DNA of 64,000 bases, taken from IMG/VR virus record IMGVR_UViG_3300037041_001930. One strand, 5' to 3'. The position numbers and the translations under genes are program-made. This DNA is from a virus (Duplodnaviria; Caudoviricetes). Below are positions 39,179 through 48,591 of the stretch, piece by piece. A model generated the notes under the pieces. It ran no database searches and was not told the origin of the DNA. It worked only from the letters and a program-made list of their open reading frames with translations. The stretch's first letter is position 1. Each line of letters begins with the position of its first letter.

Positions 39179-40060
39179 TTACCTCTGCGCTAAAACGGGG
39201 GCAGTTGAACTCTTTGGTGCCGTGATCGCAGCTGTCGTGGCGCTCGCCGAGGGGTCTTCGACTGGTTGATTATTGACGGACACGATGCCTGACTTGGTAC
39301 CCTTGGCGACAGGTGGAAATGAGAGTGTCTTCTTAGGAGCACTCGCCGCAGACTTGGAGAGACCAAGTCGGGACAAGATTTCCTTGGCCATCTTCACCGT
39401 GTTGCCACCGATAGCGCTGGGGTCGAGTTGGCCACCCAGTGAACCCATGGGCCCACCGCCACCTTGGGGTTGGCCAGTGATAGCACCATTGGCCGTTGCG
39501 GCGGCGTCGGCATCCGACTTCTTGCCCTTGTTCTCTTGTTCTTTCTTCTTGCCTTCTTGTTCGAGCTCGAACTCGGCTTGAGCTTGTTCTTTGGTGCGGC
39601 CTTCACCAATGGAGGCCATGGCGCGTTCAACGATGCCCATGACGACATCGGCTTGTCCACGTGTCACGGAATCATCGGGACTACCCTTGACGTCAGGAGT
39701 TCCCGGAGCCGTGGGATCCGGGGCACCAGCGCTGGGGTCACCACCTGCGGCGGGGTCACCACCACCAATAGCACTCAGCATGTCGCCTTCGGGTGGCATG
39801 CCACCTGCAGCTGCGAGGTCACCGCCCGGTGGCATCCCACCCATGGCTGCAGGATCCCCGCCTGGAGGCATCCCACCCATGGCCATGGGATCACCGCCTG
39901 GAGGCGCCGGAGGAGCTCCTGCGGCGGCGGGGTCACCACCAGGAGGTGCACCACCAGCGGCGGCGGCGGGATTGCTGCCCGGAGGAGGCGCGGCCACAAA
40001 GGCCAGCTTCTGTGCGAACTCATTGAGGCTGCGTTGAAAGAGTCTTGCGGAGATGTCCAT
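39179..40060 (-). CDS. Low-complexity Pro/Gly/Ala/Met-rich head protein
   Basis: Repeats GGDP(A/M)A(A/M)GG(M/A)PP; KLAF, KMAK, KSAA motifs. Confidence 0.7.
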   Translation of the reverse strand: MDISARLFQRSLNEFAQKLAFVAAPPPGSNPAAAAGGAPPGGDPAAAGAPPAPPGGDPMAMGGMPPGGDPAAMGGMPPGGDLAAAGGMPPEGDMLSAIGGGDPAAGGDPSAGAPDPTAPGTPDVKGSPDDSVTRGQADVVMGIVERAMASIGEGRTKEQAQAEFELEQEGKKKEQENKGKKSDADAAATANGAITGQPQGGGGPMGSLGGQLDPSAIGGNTVKMAKEILSRLGLSKSAASAPKKTLSFPPVAKGTKSGIVSVNNQPVEDPSASATTAAITAPKSSTAPVLAQR

Positions 40061-40079
40061 GGTGACCTCTAAAGGGTGT

Positions 40080-41096
40080 TCACTTTGTGGCGGGGCCAGT
40101 CGCGGTTACCGGAGGTGTCGATTTGATTGCACCGTTTGTGGCGCTGGCCGGAGGTGCTGGGGGTGTGATCGGGACTACCGCACCGTTTGTCGCACTGCCC
40201 GGTGACTTACGTTGTAGCTGTGCCAACTCCGCTTTCAGGTCATCATTCGTCGGCAATTTAACTGGTGGAGCCCCCACGGGATCAGGTTTTAATAGCATGT
40301 TCATTGGATTTATGTTATGCGCTGCGTCGAATATCTCCGGTCCAGCTTTATTCAAGTCTACATCGTTGCCAGCCTGTGGCTGCTTTTCCGGCGCTGTCGC
40401 TGGGGTTAGTGCATCCTGCGCTTTACCAAGCCCTTCCCGAATCTGGGGGAATGCCTTGTCGACATGGGGTCCCGCGAAGTAACCCGCGGTTCCGCCGGCG
40501 AGGGCAGCGATGAGAGCATTGCGCCACTTGTTCTTCTTACTCAGGAGGGCAGCACCCCCACCGGCGAGAGCGGCACCAGTAACGGCACCGATATTGGCGG
40601 GGTCCTTGTAGAACGGGGTTGTCGGGGCGGCGTCTTGGGCAGTCTTCTTGCCAACAACCTTAGCAGGGGCCACCTTTGGTGCAGGGGCTGCTTTTGGCAA
40701 CACGGCTGGCTTCGTCGCCGAGCGCGGGGCCATCTTGGCGCCAAGTGCTTCGAGAAAATCCGGTGAAGTCCCCACTGCGTTGCCATCGAAGTCGGCACGT
40801 GATGCCGCCGCTGTTTTGGCGACATCCTTGGCACCTGCTCCAGAGAGAGCACCGAGGCCCTGGCGGATCTGGGGGACCGCTTTGTCGACATGGGGACCCG
40901 CGACATAACCAGCGGCACCCCCAGCCAAAGCAGCGATGAGGGCGTTACGCAACTTGTTCTTCTTACTCAAGAGAGCTGCGCCACCACCGGCGAGAGTGGC
41001 ACCAGCGACGGCACCGATATTGGCGGGGTCCTCATAGAAGGGGACTTCAGCAGCTGTTTTAGTCAGGCACAGGGCAAGAAGACGTGTTGGGCGCAT
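40080..41096 (-). CDS. Protein with a duplicated 64-aa glycine-zipper hairpin module
   Basis: PFY(E/K)DPANIGAV..ALAGGGAALLSKKNK.RNALIAALAGG.AGY.AGPHVDKA.PQIR.GLG twice (40851-41042 and 40425-40616), each preceded by KTA. Confidence 0.8.
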   Translation of the reverse strand: MRPTRLLALCLTKTAAEVPFYEDPANIGAVAGATLAGGGAALLSKKNKLRNALIAALAGGAAGYVAGPHVDKAVPQIRQGLGALSGAGAKDVAKTAAASRADFDGNAVGTSPDFLEALGAKMAPRSATKPAVLPKAAPAPKVAPAKVVGKKTAQDAAPTTPFYKDPANIGAVTGAALAGGGAALLSKKNKWRNALIAALAGGTAGYFAGPHVDKAFPQIREGLGKAQDALTPATAPEKQPQAGNDVDLNKAGPEIFDAAHNINPMNMLLKPDPVGAPPVKLPTNDDLKAELAQLQRKSPGSATNGAVVPITPPAPPASATNGAIKSTPPVTATGPATK

Positions 41097-41165
41097 GGTG
41101 GATTCCTACTATGGGTTATGGGATGACAGGATAACAACTGGATCGGAGACACCAAGATGGTGTGT

Positions 41166-42110
41166 TCATGGGGCAGGCTGGGCTTCCCCTTGTCTGCGGA
41201 TGGTATCGAAAACTACTTGTTGGGCCTTACGCCTCGCCGCTGCCTTGATCTTAGCCAATGCGATTTCCTGGGCTTTAATGGCAGCCGCGGAGCCGACTAT
41301 GCGCTCTACAGCTTTCACTTTTACCTGGGTCTCCGGGGATTTCCAGGCAGCTTTGGCGTCATCAACGGCCTCGCCTGCGATTTCCTTGCGGTCGTTCCAG
41401 ACATCAACGAGAGTCTTAAATATGGCTGAGTTCTTGAAATCGTCTTTATTCGAGTGCATCAGTGCCGCTGCTAAACGCTTGCCAGTATCCACTCGTGTCG
41501 GAGCAAAGACATTGCCTGCTCCAGTCATCGCGGCACGTGGGATGGTGTCACCGACGACATTGGGCAGCGTGAGCGCCTTCCGGGGCTGTGTGTAATCCTT
41601 GAATACGGGTTGTTCCTTGAATGTCCGCAGGAGCTCATCGAGGTAGACACGCCCCATCGCACGATTCACGGGGTTGGTGATATTCAGGGATCGCAAAGCA
41701 AACATGGGGAGATGCTCGGCGACCCGTGCAGGGGATACCGGCAACCCGGTTTCCTTCACGATCATGGCGGCCGCGGAATCATTGGCCCTACTGGCAGCAT
41801 CCCCGGCTGCGTATAGTCCGGTTCCCGCTGCGGTGGCCCCGAGCCCTGTGGCCAGGAACTTACCAGGTCTGGTGCCCATGCCCATGACAAGTCTGGGGAT
41901 CGAGGAGGGGCCCACCTTAGTGGTCCCCGTCCATTGCTGATACGGAGTCATCTGCCCCTTGGGGGTCATCACGGGTGTGTGGAATTTCTGCACGGCATCA
42001 GTGGCCTTGTTGACCACTGGTTTCACCGCGCTGACCCCGGACTTCGCCGCGTTCCATATCCCGCTAAGACTGGCAGCTGCGGTCTTCGAGATTACACAGG
42101 GCAGCCGCAT
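41166..42110 (-). CDS. Hypothetical head protein with N-terminal KTAA and glycine-rich helix
   Basis: MRLPCVISKTAAAS...LATGLGATAAGTGLYAAG; TAATG coupling to the RNAP gene. Confidence 0.75.
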   Translation of the reverse strand: MRLPCVISKTAAASLSGIWNAAKSGVSAVKPVVNKATDAVQKFHTPVMTPKGQMTPYQQWTGTTKVGPSSIPRLVMGMGTRPGKFLATGLGATAAGTGLYAAGDAASRANDSAAAMIVKETGLPVSPARVAEHLPMFALRSLNITNPVNRAMGRVYLDELLRTFKEQPVFKDYTQPRKALTLPNVVGDTIPRAAMTGAGNVFAPTRVDTGKRLAAALMHSNKDDFKNSAIFKTLVDVWNDRKEIAGEAVDDAKAAWKSPETQVKVKAVERIVGSAAAIKAQEIALAKIKAAARRKAQQVVFDTIRRQGEAQPAP

Positions 42111-45100
42111 TACTTGGACCCCTTACCAGAGTTCAGGATAACCACGGGGTCGGCGACACCAAGATCCCCCCTGAGGTAGGCCTGGTAGGCGTCCTCCTTG
42201 GAGGCAAAGGTGCGCGGAGTCTTGTTCTTCTTGATACTGGTGGCCAAGTAGAGCCCGGCGAGATAATCCTTGTCAGGCTTGAGATGGACGTCGAAATCAG
42301 CGGGGTGCCAGAGGTTCTTCGAGGGCATCATCTTCTCGATGACATCCCTGACGGCGTCGTGATGCGAGGGCACATGCAAATTGATCTTGTCGCCGTCGAA
42401 GTCCAGGTTCGCCCCGGGTTCGACGACCTGGGGGACCCCAATGTTGTTGCCTCTGGAGAGCACGGGCCAGGCCCCAACATAGTTGTAGCGTTGCAGTGCA
42501 GGGGCGCGATCCCAGTACACGGGGCGAGTCTTCATCTCGTTCTGGAGCTCACGGAGTGCAGCGGGCTTCTGTTCCCGTACAGCCATGACGGCCTCACGAG
42601 CACTCCACCCCGATCGGACGAGACGCCGGATCACATAGGGGCGATACACGGTCCACGCCATGTCCTTGGGGATCGAGACCTGGTCCATGTCGAGTTCGGG
42701 GTCCGGGGTGGCGACACCACGACCCACGGTATCCACGGCCTGGCCGAGCACCTTGCGCTGGAATCTCGCAAACTTGGGGGAGTCGCCGACACCAATGGCG
42801 TTCTGGAGAAGCCCCTTGACGCCCTGTTCGACATGCTTGGGGTTAATGGGGGCACCTAGACCCGCGACGGCTTTGGCAGCCGCGTACATGGCACCGTATT
42901 CCTCACCGGCATCCCCAAAGGTCTTCTGGGCCTCCGTGTAATTCTTCCCGGACTCCATGAGATCATGGTAGAGATAGTTGGCGTCATGGATGATATCCAT
43001 TTTACCAGCACGTATAACAGGCCTGAACTTCGGAGGTATAACAGGGATCTTGGAGATCATGAGGTCTCCGGGATCGACGCCTGCGGACTTCAGACCACTG
43101 AGATAGTTGAGGGCACGGACATGGACATCACGGGATGACTTCGATCCCGTCTTGACCCCCTGGATGTGCATGGCGATCTCGCGTTCAACATTGATCCCCT
43201 TGAGCGCAGTCTCAATGGCTTCAGGCCCAGTCTTGTCGCCAATCTTCTCCTGCCCACTGAGGACATCGAGGAACCTCTGCTTGGTGAGGCCAAGTATCCG
43301 GATGATGGGTTCCTCCATCACGGGATTCGGGATCTTCTGGGGCAACTCGATCTTGGTGAAGTGGCGGCCATCGGCACCACCTGTCTTCGCGAGATCGAAG
43401 AGGCCGCCATCCTTGGGCTGCATGGTCTCGAAGTCAAAAGTCTCCGATGTCGAGACTGAGTGCTGGGCCAGGGCATCGGTGTCCGCATCAGTCATCGGGG
43501 CGAGCTTGAGCCTGCCCTGGTTCTCACGCACGTTGACCCCGGCACCCTTGAGGAGGGTGAGGAAGTGACCGTGTGCACCCGACGCCTCGGGCATCACGGG
43601 ATCCATACCAAGTTTCACGGAGCGCCAGTAGTCATCGTTGCGTTGCCCACGAATCAGCTTGGCGTCTTTCAAAACATTTGTGGCACCGGCACTTAGGAGG
43701 CATTGCACGCCAAGCAGAGCAATTTTCTTACTACCTGAGCTGCCACCTTTGGCAGGCGAATCATCGGATGTGTAACCCCCGGTGTCCCGTGCGGCGAGGC
43801 CAGACTCCGCGGTGTGATGTAACCGCATGAGATGCTGGACCCCAGTGAAGATGCCCTTGATCTTCCGCCCCGTCCTGGGATCAGTGACATCATCGAGTTC
43901 ATCGACACCGTTGGCCTTGGCCTCGTTCAACGCGAACTCACCGAGGTCATCGTGGTCAAATGATTTTAGAACGTATGGTTTCCCGGTTTTCTGGGCCACC
44001 TTACCTAGCAGGGTCTCCGCGAGCACTGATGGGTTCGCTCGGGAGATGACCCCAAGGGCATTAACGATGACATCCAAGGGCTTGCCATCCGCACCCACTG
44101 GCATCTCACCATCGGGAACTATCTGGGAGACGACACCTTTGTTGCCATAGCGTGCTGAGAGCTTGGAGCCCTCAGTCATGGGCTCCACACTGGAGATCAT
44201 GACCTTGATGCCCTTGCGGGTTCTCACGACATCTGTGACCTGACCGGGGGTCGAGTGATCCCAGGTCTGCGAGGCATCAGAGAACGCTGATCTCGCCGAT
44301 GGGGTGACGACCCCACCAGGTCTCGGGGTCTTCTTGCGCACCGCGAGGAGCACGGGATCCCCGGGCTGCACAATGGTGCCCTCTTTGATCACACCGTCGT
44401 CATCGATACCCGAGATCTGCTCAGGTTTGTACTTACCCTGGAAGATCGAGGAGTAATCCGCTTTCTTCGTGGAATGAATGTTCTTATCGAGTTCAAGTTC
44501 ATGTTTGTAGGCGTGCTGTGAGGACAGCCGGCGAGCCGCGGATTCCGAGATGACAAAACCATCTTCATATGTTCTGCCGCTTCCAACCATATAACCAACA
44601 TTTAAGTTTGTACCCAGTGTTGCCTGGCCTTTGTCATCCGTGAAGTTCGATTTCGCGAGGACATCCCCGGGTTTGAAACTATCACCTTCGCGAACCAATG
44701 GTGTGTTGTGCAGACTTGTTTTACGCGCCAGGGGGTAGTTGTTATACAACTCATGTCGTTCCTTCTTGCCCCCAGCGTAGACGACATCGATGTGGTCTGG
44801 TGTCACGGCGACAACACGCCCGGGTGCCTTGGCCTTCACGGCGCCCATCCAGGTACCCATGGAGTCATGAATCGAGGTGCCGTCGGGATTCGCGGCTTGA
44901 ACTAAAGGGGCCTCAGGCGCTTGTAGCGGGAGGGCCTGTGACGTCATTCTTGCCCCCATCAGGGTTCTCTGTGACTTCGCACCTTGGGTCATCGGGACCA
45001 TATTGGTGAGCCTGGAGAACATCGAGGACCCATGGGGGAGTTCGTAGTCGACCTCTGCGGCGGGCTTCCACTTAATGTCTTCGCCATCGAGAACGCGTAC

Positions 45101-46657
45101 CATCGGTGGCAATGGCTTCCCGAGACCGTGCATGCCCACGGACGCCGAGAGCTCGGGATCCCTGGAGATGTCATCCATGGTGACCACGTGGTCCACATAC
45201 TTTCCATCATCACCAGGCAGGGGTACCTTGTAGAACTCGCGCTTCGCCGCTTTCGCGAACTCACCAGGAAACGCAATGGGCTTCTGGGAGGCCTGAAGTG
45301 CAGACAGCGTGACTTCCTCACCCTTGCGTGATCGCACCTTGAAATAAAGGCGACCATCGGAACCCTTGAGGGCGCCATCGGTGAGACGCATGTCGACACC
45401 GATGTTCTGGCCTTCAGGTGCCCGGATGGGATCAATGATACCGAAGTAGCTGGGCTGGACACCGCGTGCTGAACGCGGTACGGCTTGGTTGGACGAAATC
45501 CCGCCCTCGCCGAGGCGCGTTATGGTCTGACGGGCATCCATGATCTCCAGGGGATTCGTGTCTTCCACTGAGCTCATGAGTCCACTTTGAAACACGCCAT
45601 CCACTGCTGGGTTCAGGAGTCCTGGGGATACGTTTCCAAGATTGCCCTCACGGGTCGCCCGCCACAGCAATTTTCGCATGGCGTCACTGCCACGACTCAA
45701 GCGTTCCTCGAAGAAGTCCTCGGGGCCATGGAAACTCTGAAAGGCCTGAGAATCCCGGACATCGTCGGGGACCTCATCACGACTCCGCTTCAACATCTTC
45801 GTAGTCGCATTCAACATGGTGTCGAGATTGAAATTCTTGTACTTGGCTCCCAGCGTGGTCTCAGTGGTTTCCTCGTCGAGCTCGGCTCTTCCAAGGATCT
45901 CATGGAGTTTGTCTTTGAGGAGTTCGGTTGCCGTGTCTTGGTCACCTCGACGCCCCATCTTGGCCACGATCTTACGAGCCTCCTGGGCGTCGTGCCCACC
46001 AGGTGGGCGCCAGTTCGCCTTGAATAGATCATCCCCCCAGGCTTCCCTGATGGTTGCATCGGGGACCCCCATGGATCTCAGCAAGGGGTACAGCCGGGTT
46101 CCACTCTGGCCCACGTTCAACTTGAACACGCCTGTGGAGGGCTCGAGCTGGAGATCGAAGCCCCGACCACTGCCTGGCTTCGGATTCACCTGAGCCTTGA
46201 CGTCCCCGTTCTGCTGGCGGAGCACGTAGACCCCGGGGCGCAGGCGCTGCTGGTTCTTGGCGGCCCAAATGGTGCCCCCGCGAACAAAGATGCCACGTGG
46301 GGTCAAATGGGGGACATGCGCAAGGGTGGTCTCGGTTTCATCGACGACTGCACCGGATGCCTTGTCGACCAAGCGAACCCTGCCCTTGATGGCGCGCTGC
46401 ATGCTCTGACGAGACATCAGCGCTTTCTTCTCATCACTGAGGCTGGGGTTGTAGTCCTGGGCGTAATCGGAGTCTGCGATCTCAACCCTGTACTTCTCAT
46501 TCTCGACAGGCTTCAGGGCACGGACCCCGCGCAGTGCATTCGAGTAGATGGCGTCGCGTTGTCCGCTGACGTCATCAAAACTTCTATGGGTCACCGGGGC
46601 TACGGGACTCGGGCTACCCACGGGGGTATCAAAGGCGCCTTTGAGATCGCCTATCAT
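42110..46657 (-). CDS. rpoB: RNA polymerase beta subunit fused to the N-terminal (catalytic) half of beta'
   Basis: Beta motifs: VPHLTPRGIF..QRLRPGVY, DTNPLE..RLGEGG, QPSYFGIIDPIRAPEGQNIG, RTLMGARMTSQALPL, TYEDGFVIS, GSKLSARYGNKGVVS, LDVIVNALGVISR, GIFTG..LMRLHH. From ~43530: GGLFD, IPVIPPKFRP, RFQRKVLGQAVDTVGRGV, RAPAL, catalytic NLDFDGD (42389-42409), KDYLAGLY. Confidence 0.95.
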   Translation of the reverse strand: MIGDLKGAFDTPVGSPSPVAPVTHRSFDDVSGQRDAIYSNALRGVRALKPVENEKYRVEIADSDYAQDYNPSLSDEKKALMSRQSMQRAIKGRVRLVDKASGAVVDETETTLAHVPHLTPRGIFVRGGTIWAAKNQQRLRPGVYVLRQQNGDVKAQVNPKPGSGRGFDLQLEPSTGVFKLNVGQSGTRLYPLLRSMGVPDATIREAWGDDLFKANWRPPGGHDAQEARKIVAKMGRRGDQDTATELLKDKLHEILGRAELDEETTETTLGAKYKNFNLDTMLNATTKMLKRSRDEVPDDVRDSQAFQSFHGPEDFFEERLSRGSDAMRKLLWRATREGNLGNVSPGLLNPAVDGVFQSGLMSSVEDTNPLEIMDARQTITRLGEGGISSNQAVPRSARGVQPSYFGIIDPIRAPEGQNIGVDMRLTDGALKGSDGRLYFKVRSRKGEEVTLSALQASQKPIAFPGEFAKAAKREFYKVPLPGDDGKYVDHVVTMDDISRDPELSASVGMHGLGKPLPPMVRVLDGEDIKWKPAAEVDYELPHGSSMFSRLTNMVPMTQGAKSQRTLMGARMTSQALPLQAPEAPLVQAANPDGTSIHDSMGTWMGAVKAKAPGRVVAVTPDHIDVVYAGGKKERHELYNNYPLARKTSLHNTPLVREGDSFKPGDVLAKSNFTDDKGQATLGTNLNVGYMVGSGRTYEDGFVISESAARRLSSQHAYKHELELDKNIHSTKKADYSSIFQGKYKPEQISGIDDDGVIKEGTIVQPGDPVLLAVRKKTPRPGGVVTPSARSAFSDASQTWDHSTPGQVTDVVRTRKGIKVMISSVEPMTEGSKLSARYGNKGVVSQIVPDGEMPVGADGKPLDVIVNALGVISRANPSVLAETLLGKVAQKTGKPYVLKSFDHDDLGEFALNEAKANGVDELDDVTDPRTGRKIKGIFTGVQHLMRLHHTAESGLAARDTGGYTSDDSPAKGGSSGSKKIALLGVQCLLSAGATNVLKDAKLIRGQRNDDYWRSVKLGMDPVMPEASGAHGHFLTLLKGAGVNVRENQGRLKLAPMTDADTDALAQHSVSTSETFDFETMQPKDGGLFDLAKTGGADGRHFTKIELPQKIPNPVMEEPIIRILGLTKQRFLDVLSGQEKIGDKTGPEAIETALKGINVEREIAMHIQGVKTGSKSSRDVHVRALNYLSGLKSAGVDPGDLMISKIPVIPPKFRPVIRAGKMDIIHDANYLYHDLMESGKNYTEAQKTFGDAGEEYGAMYAAAKAVAGLGAPINPKHVEQGVKGLLQNAIGVGDSPKFARFQRKVLGQAVDTVGRGVATPDPELDMDQVSIPKDMAWTVYRPYVIRRLVRSGWSAREAVMAVREQKPAALRELQNEMKTRPVYWDRAPALQRYNYVGAWPVLSRGNNIGVPQVVEPGANLDFDGDKINLHVPSHHDAVRDVIEKMMPSKNLWHPADFDVHLKPDKDYLAGLYLATSIKKNKTPRTFASKEDAYQAYLRGDLGVADPVVILNSGKGSK

Positions 46658-46659
46658 GG

Positions 46660-47427
46660 TTACCCCGTGATCTCAGTAGCCGGATCACGTTTCTTGAGAG
46701 TTGGAACCATAACAGCCATCGGGGTACTCGCCCCCACGTTGTTGAGGTAGTCGCGCATCGCCTTGGCTTTGGCGCGATACTTATTCTCGTCTTTGTTCTT
46801 GTTATACGCGTTCATGGCCACGATGGTTCCCGCGATACCCAGAGGGATCCCAATGGGGGCCAGGACTTCACCGACACCGGCGGCACCACGCATCCCGAGG
46901 TCCGCGATGAAGCCTGCGGTCTTCGGTAACTCAGCGGTATGACTACCGACTTCCGAGGTACCCAGGTTTTCCACATAGACGTCTTCGGCAACCTTCATGG
47001 CGCGGGAGAGCCCGGCATCCGCGGGGTCGGGTTCACCATTGATCAAGGCCTGGACACGTTTTCTGCTGCGCTCCAGTGAGCTCATCGCTTTGGCTTTTCG
47101 CTTCTTGTCCAGGAAACTATCGAGGGCAGACCAGCCACCAACTGCGGACAGGGTGCCAATGCTGCCTTGCACCGCTGTATCCAGAATGTTGTCGGCTGCT
47201 GTTTTAACTTTGATGCCCTGCTTCTTGAGCTCCTTGGCCTCTTCCTCACTGACATCCACGGGGACCTCAACCGCTGAGCTCTCCCCCGGGGGCAACTTGA
47301 CAGGAGCACGGGTGCCCGACTTATTGGCGATGTCGTAACCCCATCGGGCCAGACGAGCACCAACACCGAGTCCGAGACCGGCGATAGCTGGGAACGCGAC
47401 ATCACTGTAAGTAAGATTGAGTGCCAT
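46660..47427 (-). CDS. Glycine-zipper head protein
   Basis: Three Gly-rich hydrophobic segments, two directly after KTAA and KTAG; KVAE also present. Confidence 0.75.
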   Translation of the reverse strand: MALNLTYSDVAFPAIAGLGLGVGARLARWGYDIANKSGTRAPVKLPPGESSAVEVPVDVSEEEAKELKKQGIKVKTAADNILDTAVQGSIGTLSAVGGWSALDSFLDKKRKAKAMSSLERSRKRVQALINGEPDPADAGLSRAMKVAEDVYVENLGTSEVGSHTAELPKTAGFIADLGMRGAAGVGEVLAPIGIPLGIAGTIVAMNAYNKNKDENKYRAKAKAMRDYLNNVGASTPMAVMVPTLKKRDPATEITG

Positions 47428-47436
47428 GACGGGATC

Positions 47437-47859
47437 CTATTGTTCCGGGGACGCCTGTAGAGGGGCGAATCGGCGCGGGGGTCGAGGTGATCCAGGAAGT
47501 CCGTAATCGAGTGCAGACCATCGCATGAATGCTTTATACTTTCCGGTCTTCTCGGAGAAATCCACCCGATTCTCAGATAACACTGCACGGGCCTCAGCGA
47601 TGTCCTGCCAAACCCTACGATAGGCTTCCAGGTGGTCTGGGTTATCGAGATCGAATACGGCGACCTCAGGAGTATAGAACTCCTGGACTTGTTTGGAGTC
47701 GGGATCCTTGGGATGGATCAGTGGGACTTCCCCAGTGATCGGGACTTCACGTGGTGCCGTGTGGCGTACCACCCGCATGCCCTGAGGCAGGGGTACCCGG
47801 GTGCCCTGGAGGACCTGGTTGGCGTTAATGGTTCCTGGAGGCAGGGGGTTAGAGCTCAT
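47437..47859 (-). CDS. Hypothetical protein
   Basis: 140-aa ORF within the operon, with short spacing on both sides. Confidence 0.7.
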   Translation of the reverse strand: MSSNPLPPGTINANQVLQGTRVPLPQGMRVVRHTAPREVPITGEVPLIHPKDPDSKQVQEFYTPEVAVFDLDNPDHLEAYRRVWQDIAEARAVLSENRVDFSEKTGKYKAFMRWSALDYGLPGSPRPPRRFAPLQASPEQ

Positions 47860-47862
47860 CTC

Positions 47863-48591
47863 TCAGAACCTCATGGATTGTTTGGGGGCCGTGCGCTTGG
47901 CAAGAATAGATGACAAAATCTTATTCGTGCGCTGTGACTTCAACTGATCCGCTTTCTGCTCTAGGAGTCGCTTCTCAACCATGACACGCTCGATGTCTTC
48001 ATCAGTGGCGTCTTCCCCAAAGATATGCCCCATTGTGGTCCCCGCGGTACCATAGAGCCCAGCGGACGCCGAGGTCACACCTTTGATCGGTGCGGTGACC
48101 AGAGTGGGGTCCACGAGAAACGAGGCGGCTTCCTTGACGTGACCAGTCTTACAGAACCCGGGGTGATCGATGAGCCCAGAGGCCCGGGCACCCTCGAGGT
48201 ACCCAAGTCTGACCGCGTTGCGGACGTCCCGCTCAATCGCGAGTTTAATGAGTTCTGCCGGCTTCATTTTTGCTGTCTCCATTCCAGTTTTCATATTGAG
48301 TAGCGTCCCCAACCCAGCCCCAATGGTCTTCATTGTCGACGCCGTGGAATCGCTGACCCCCAGCCACTTCGCCGCGAGGGCACCGATGCCGAGGCCGACG
48401 CCGGCGCCCAGGGCACCCTGGACGACCTGAGTAGGCGTGATCCAGGGTTTGGCTGCCGGCTGCTGAGCTGCGGCACGATCAATGATCTCAATGCTCTTCA
48501 CCTTGTCCCAAAGATTCAAGGATGGGTCAGTGAAGACCCTGTCCTTGGCATCGCTCACCGCGATCATAGCCGCTGCGGATTCCATAGTCAT
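47863..48591 (-). CDS. Glycine-zipper head protein
   Basis: GALGAGVGLGIGALAAKWLG and IGAGLGTLL; KEAA motif; ATGA overlap. Confidence 0.75.
   Translation of the reverse strand: MTMESAAAMIAVSDAKDRVFTDPSLNLWDKVKSIEIIDRAAAQQPAAKPWITPTQVVQGALGAGVGLGIGALAAKWLGVSDSTASTMKTIGAGLGTLLNMKTGMETAKMKPAELIKLAIERDVRNAVRLGYLEGARASGLIDHPGFCKTGHVKEAASFLVDPTLVTAPIKGVTSASAGLYGTAGTTMGHIFGEDATDEDIERVMVEKRLLEQKADQLKSQRTNKILSSILAKRTAPKQSMRF

Noticed and set aside
41149-41163. Short hairpin ACACC-ATCTT-GGTGT after the 314-aa gene
   Set aside because: Only a 5-bp stem with no U-tract; too weak to call a terminator.
35909-46657. Cellular rpoBC operon (host chromosome or chimeric contig)
   Set aside because: No ribosomal-protein or other housekeeping neighbours; genes are overlap-coupled to phage head genes; Zn sites are lost and core motifs strongly diverged.
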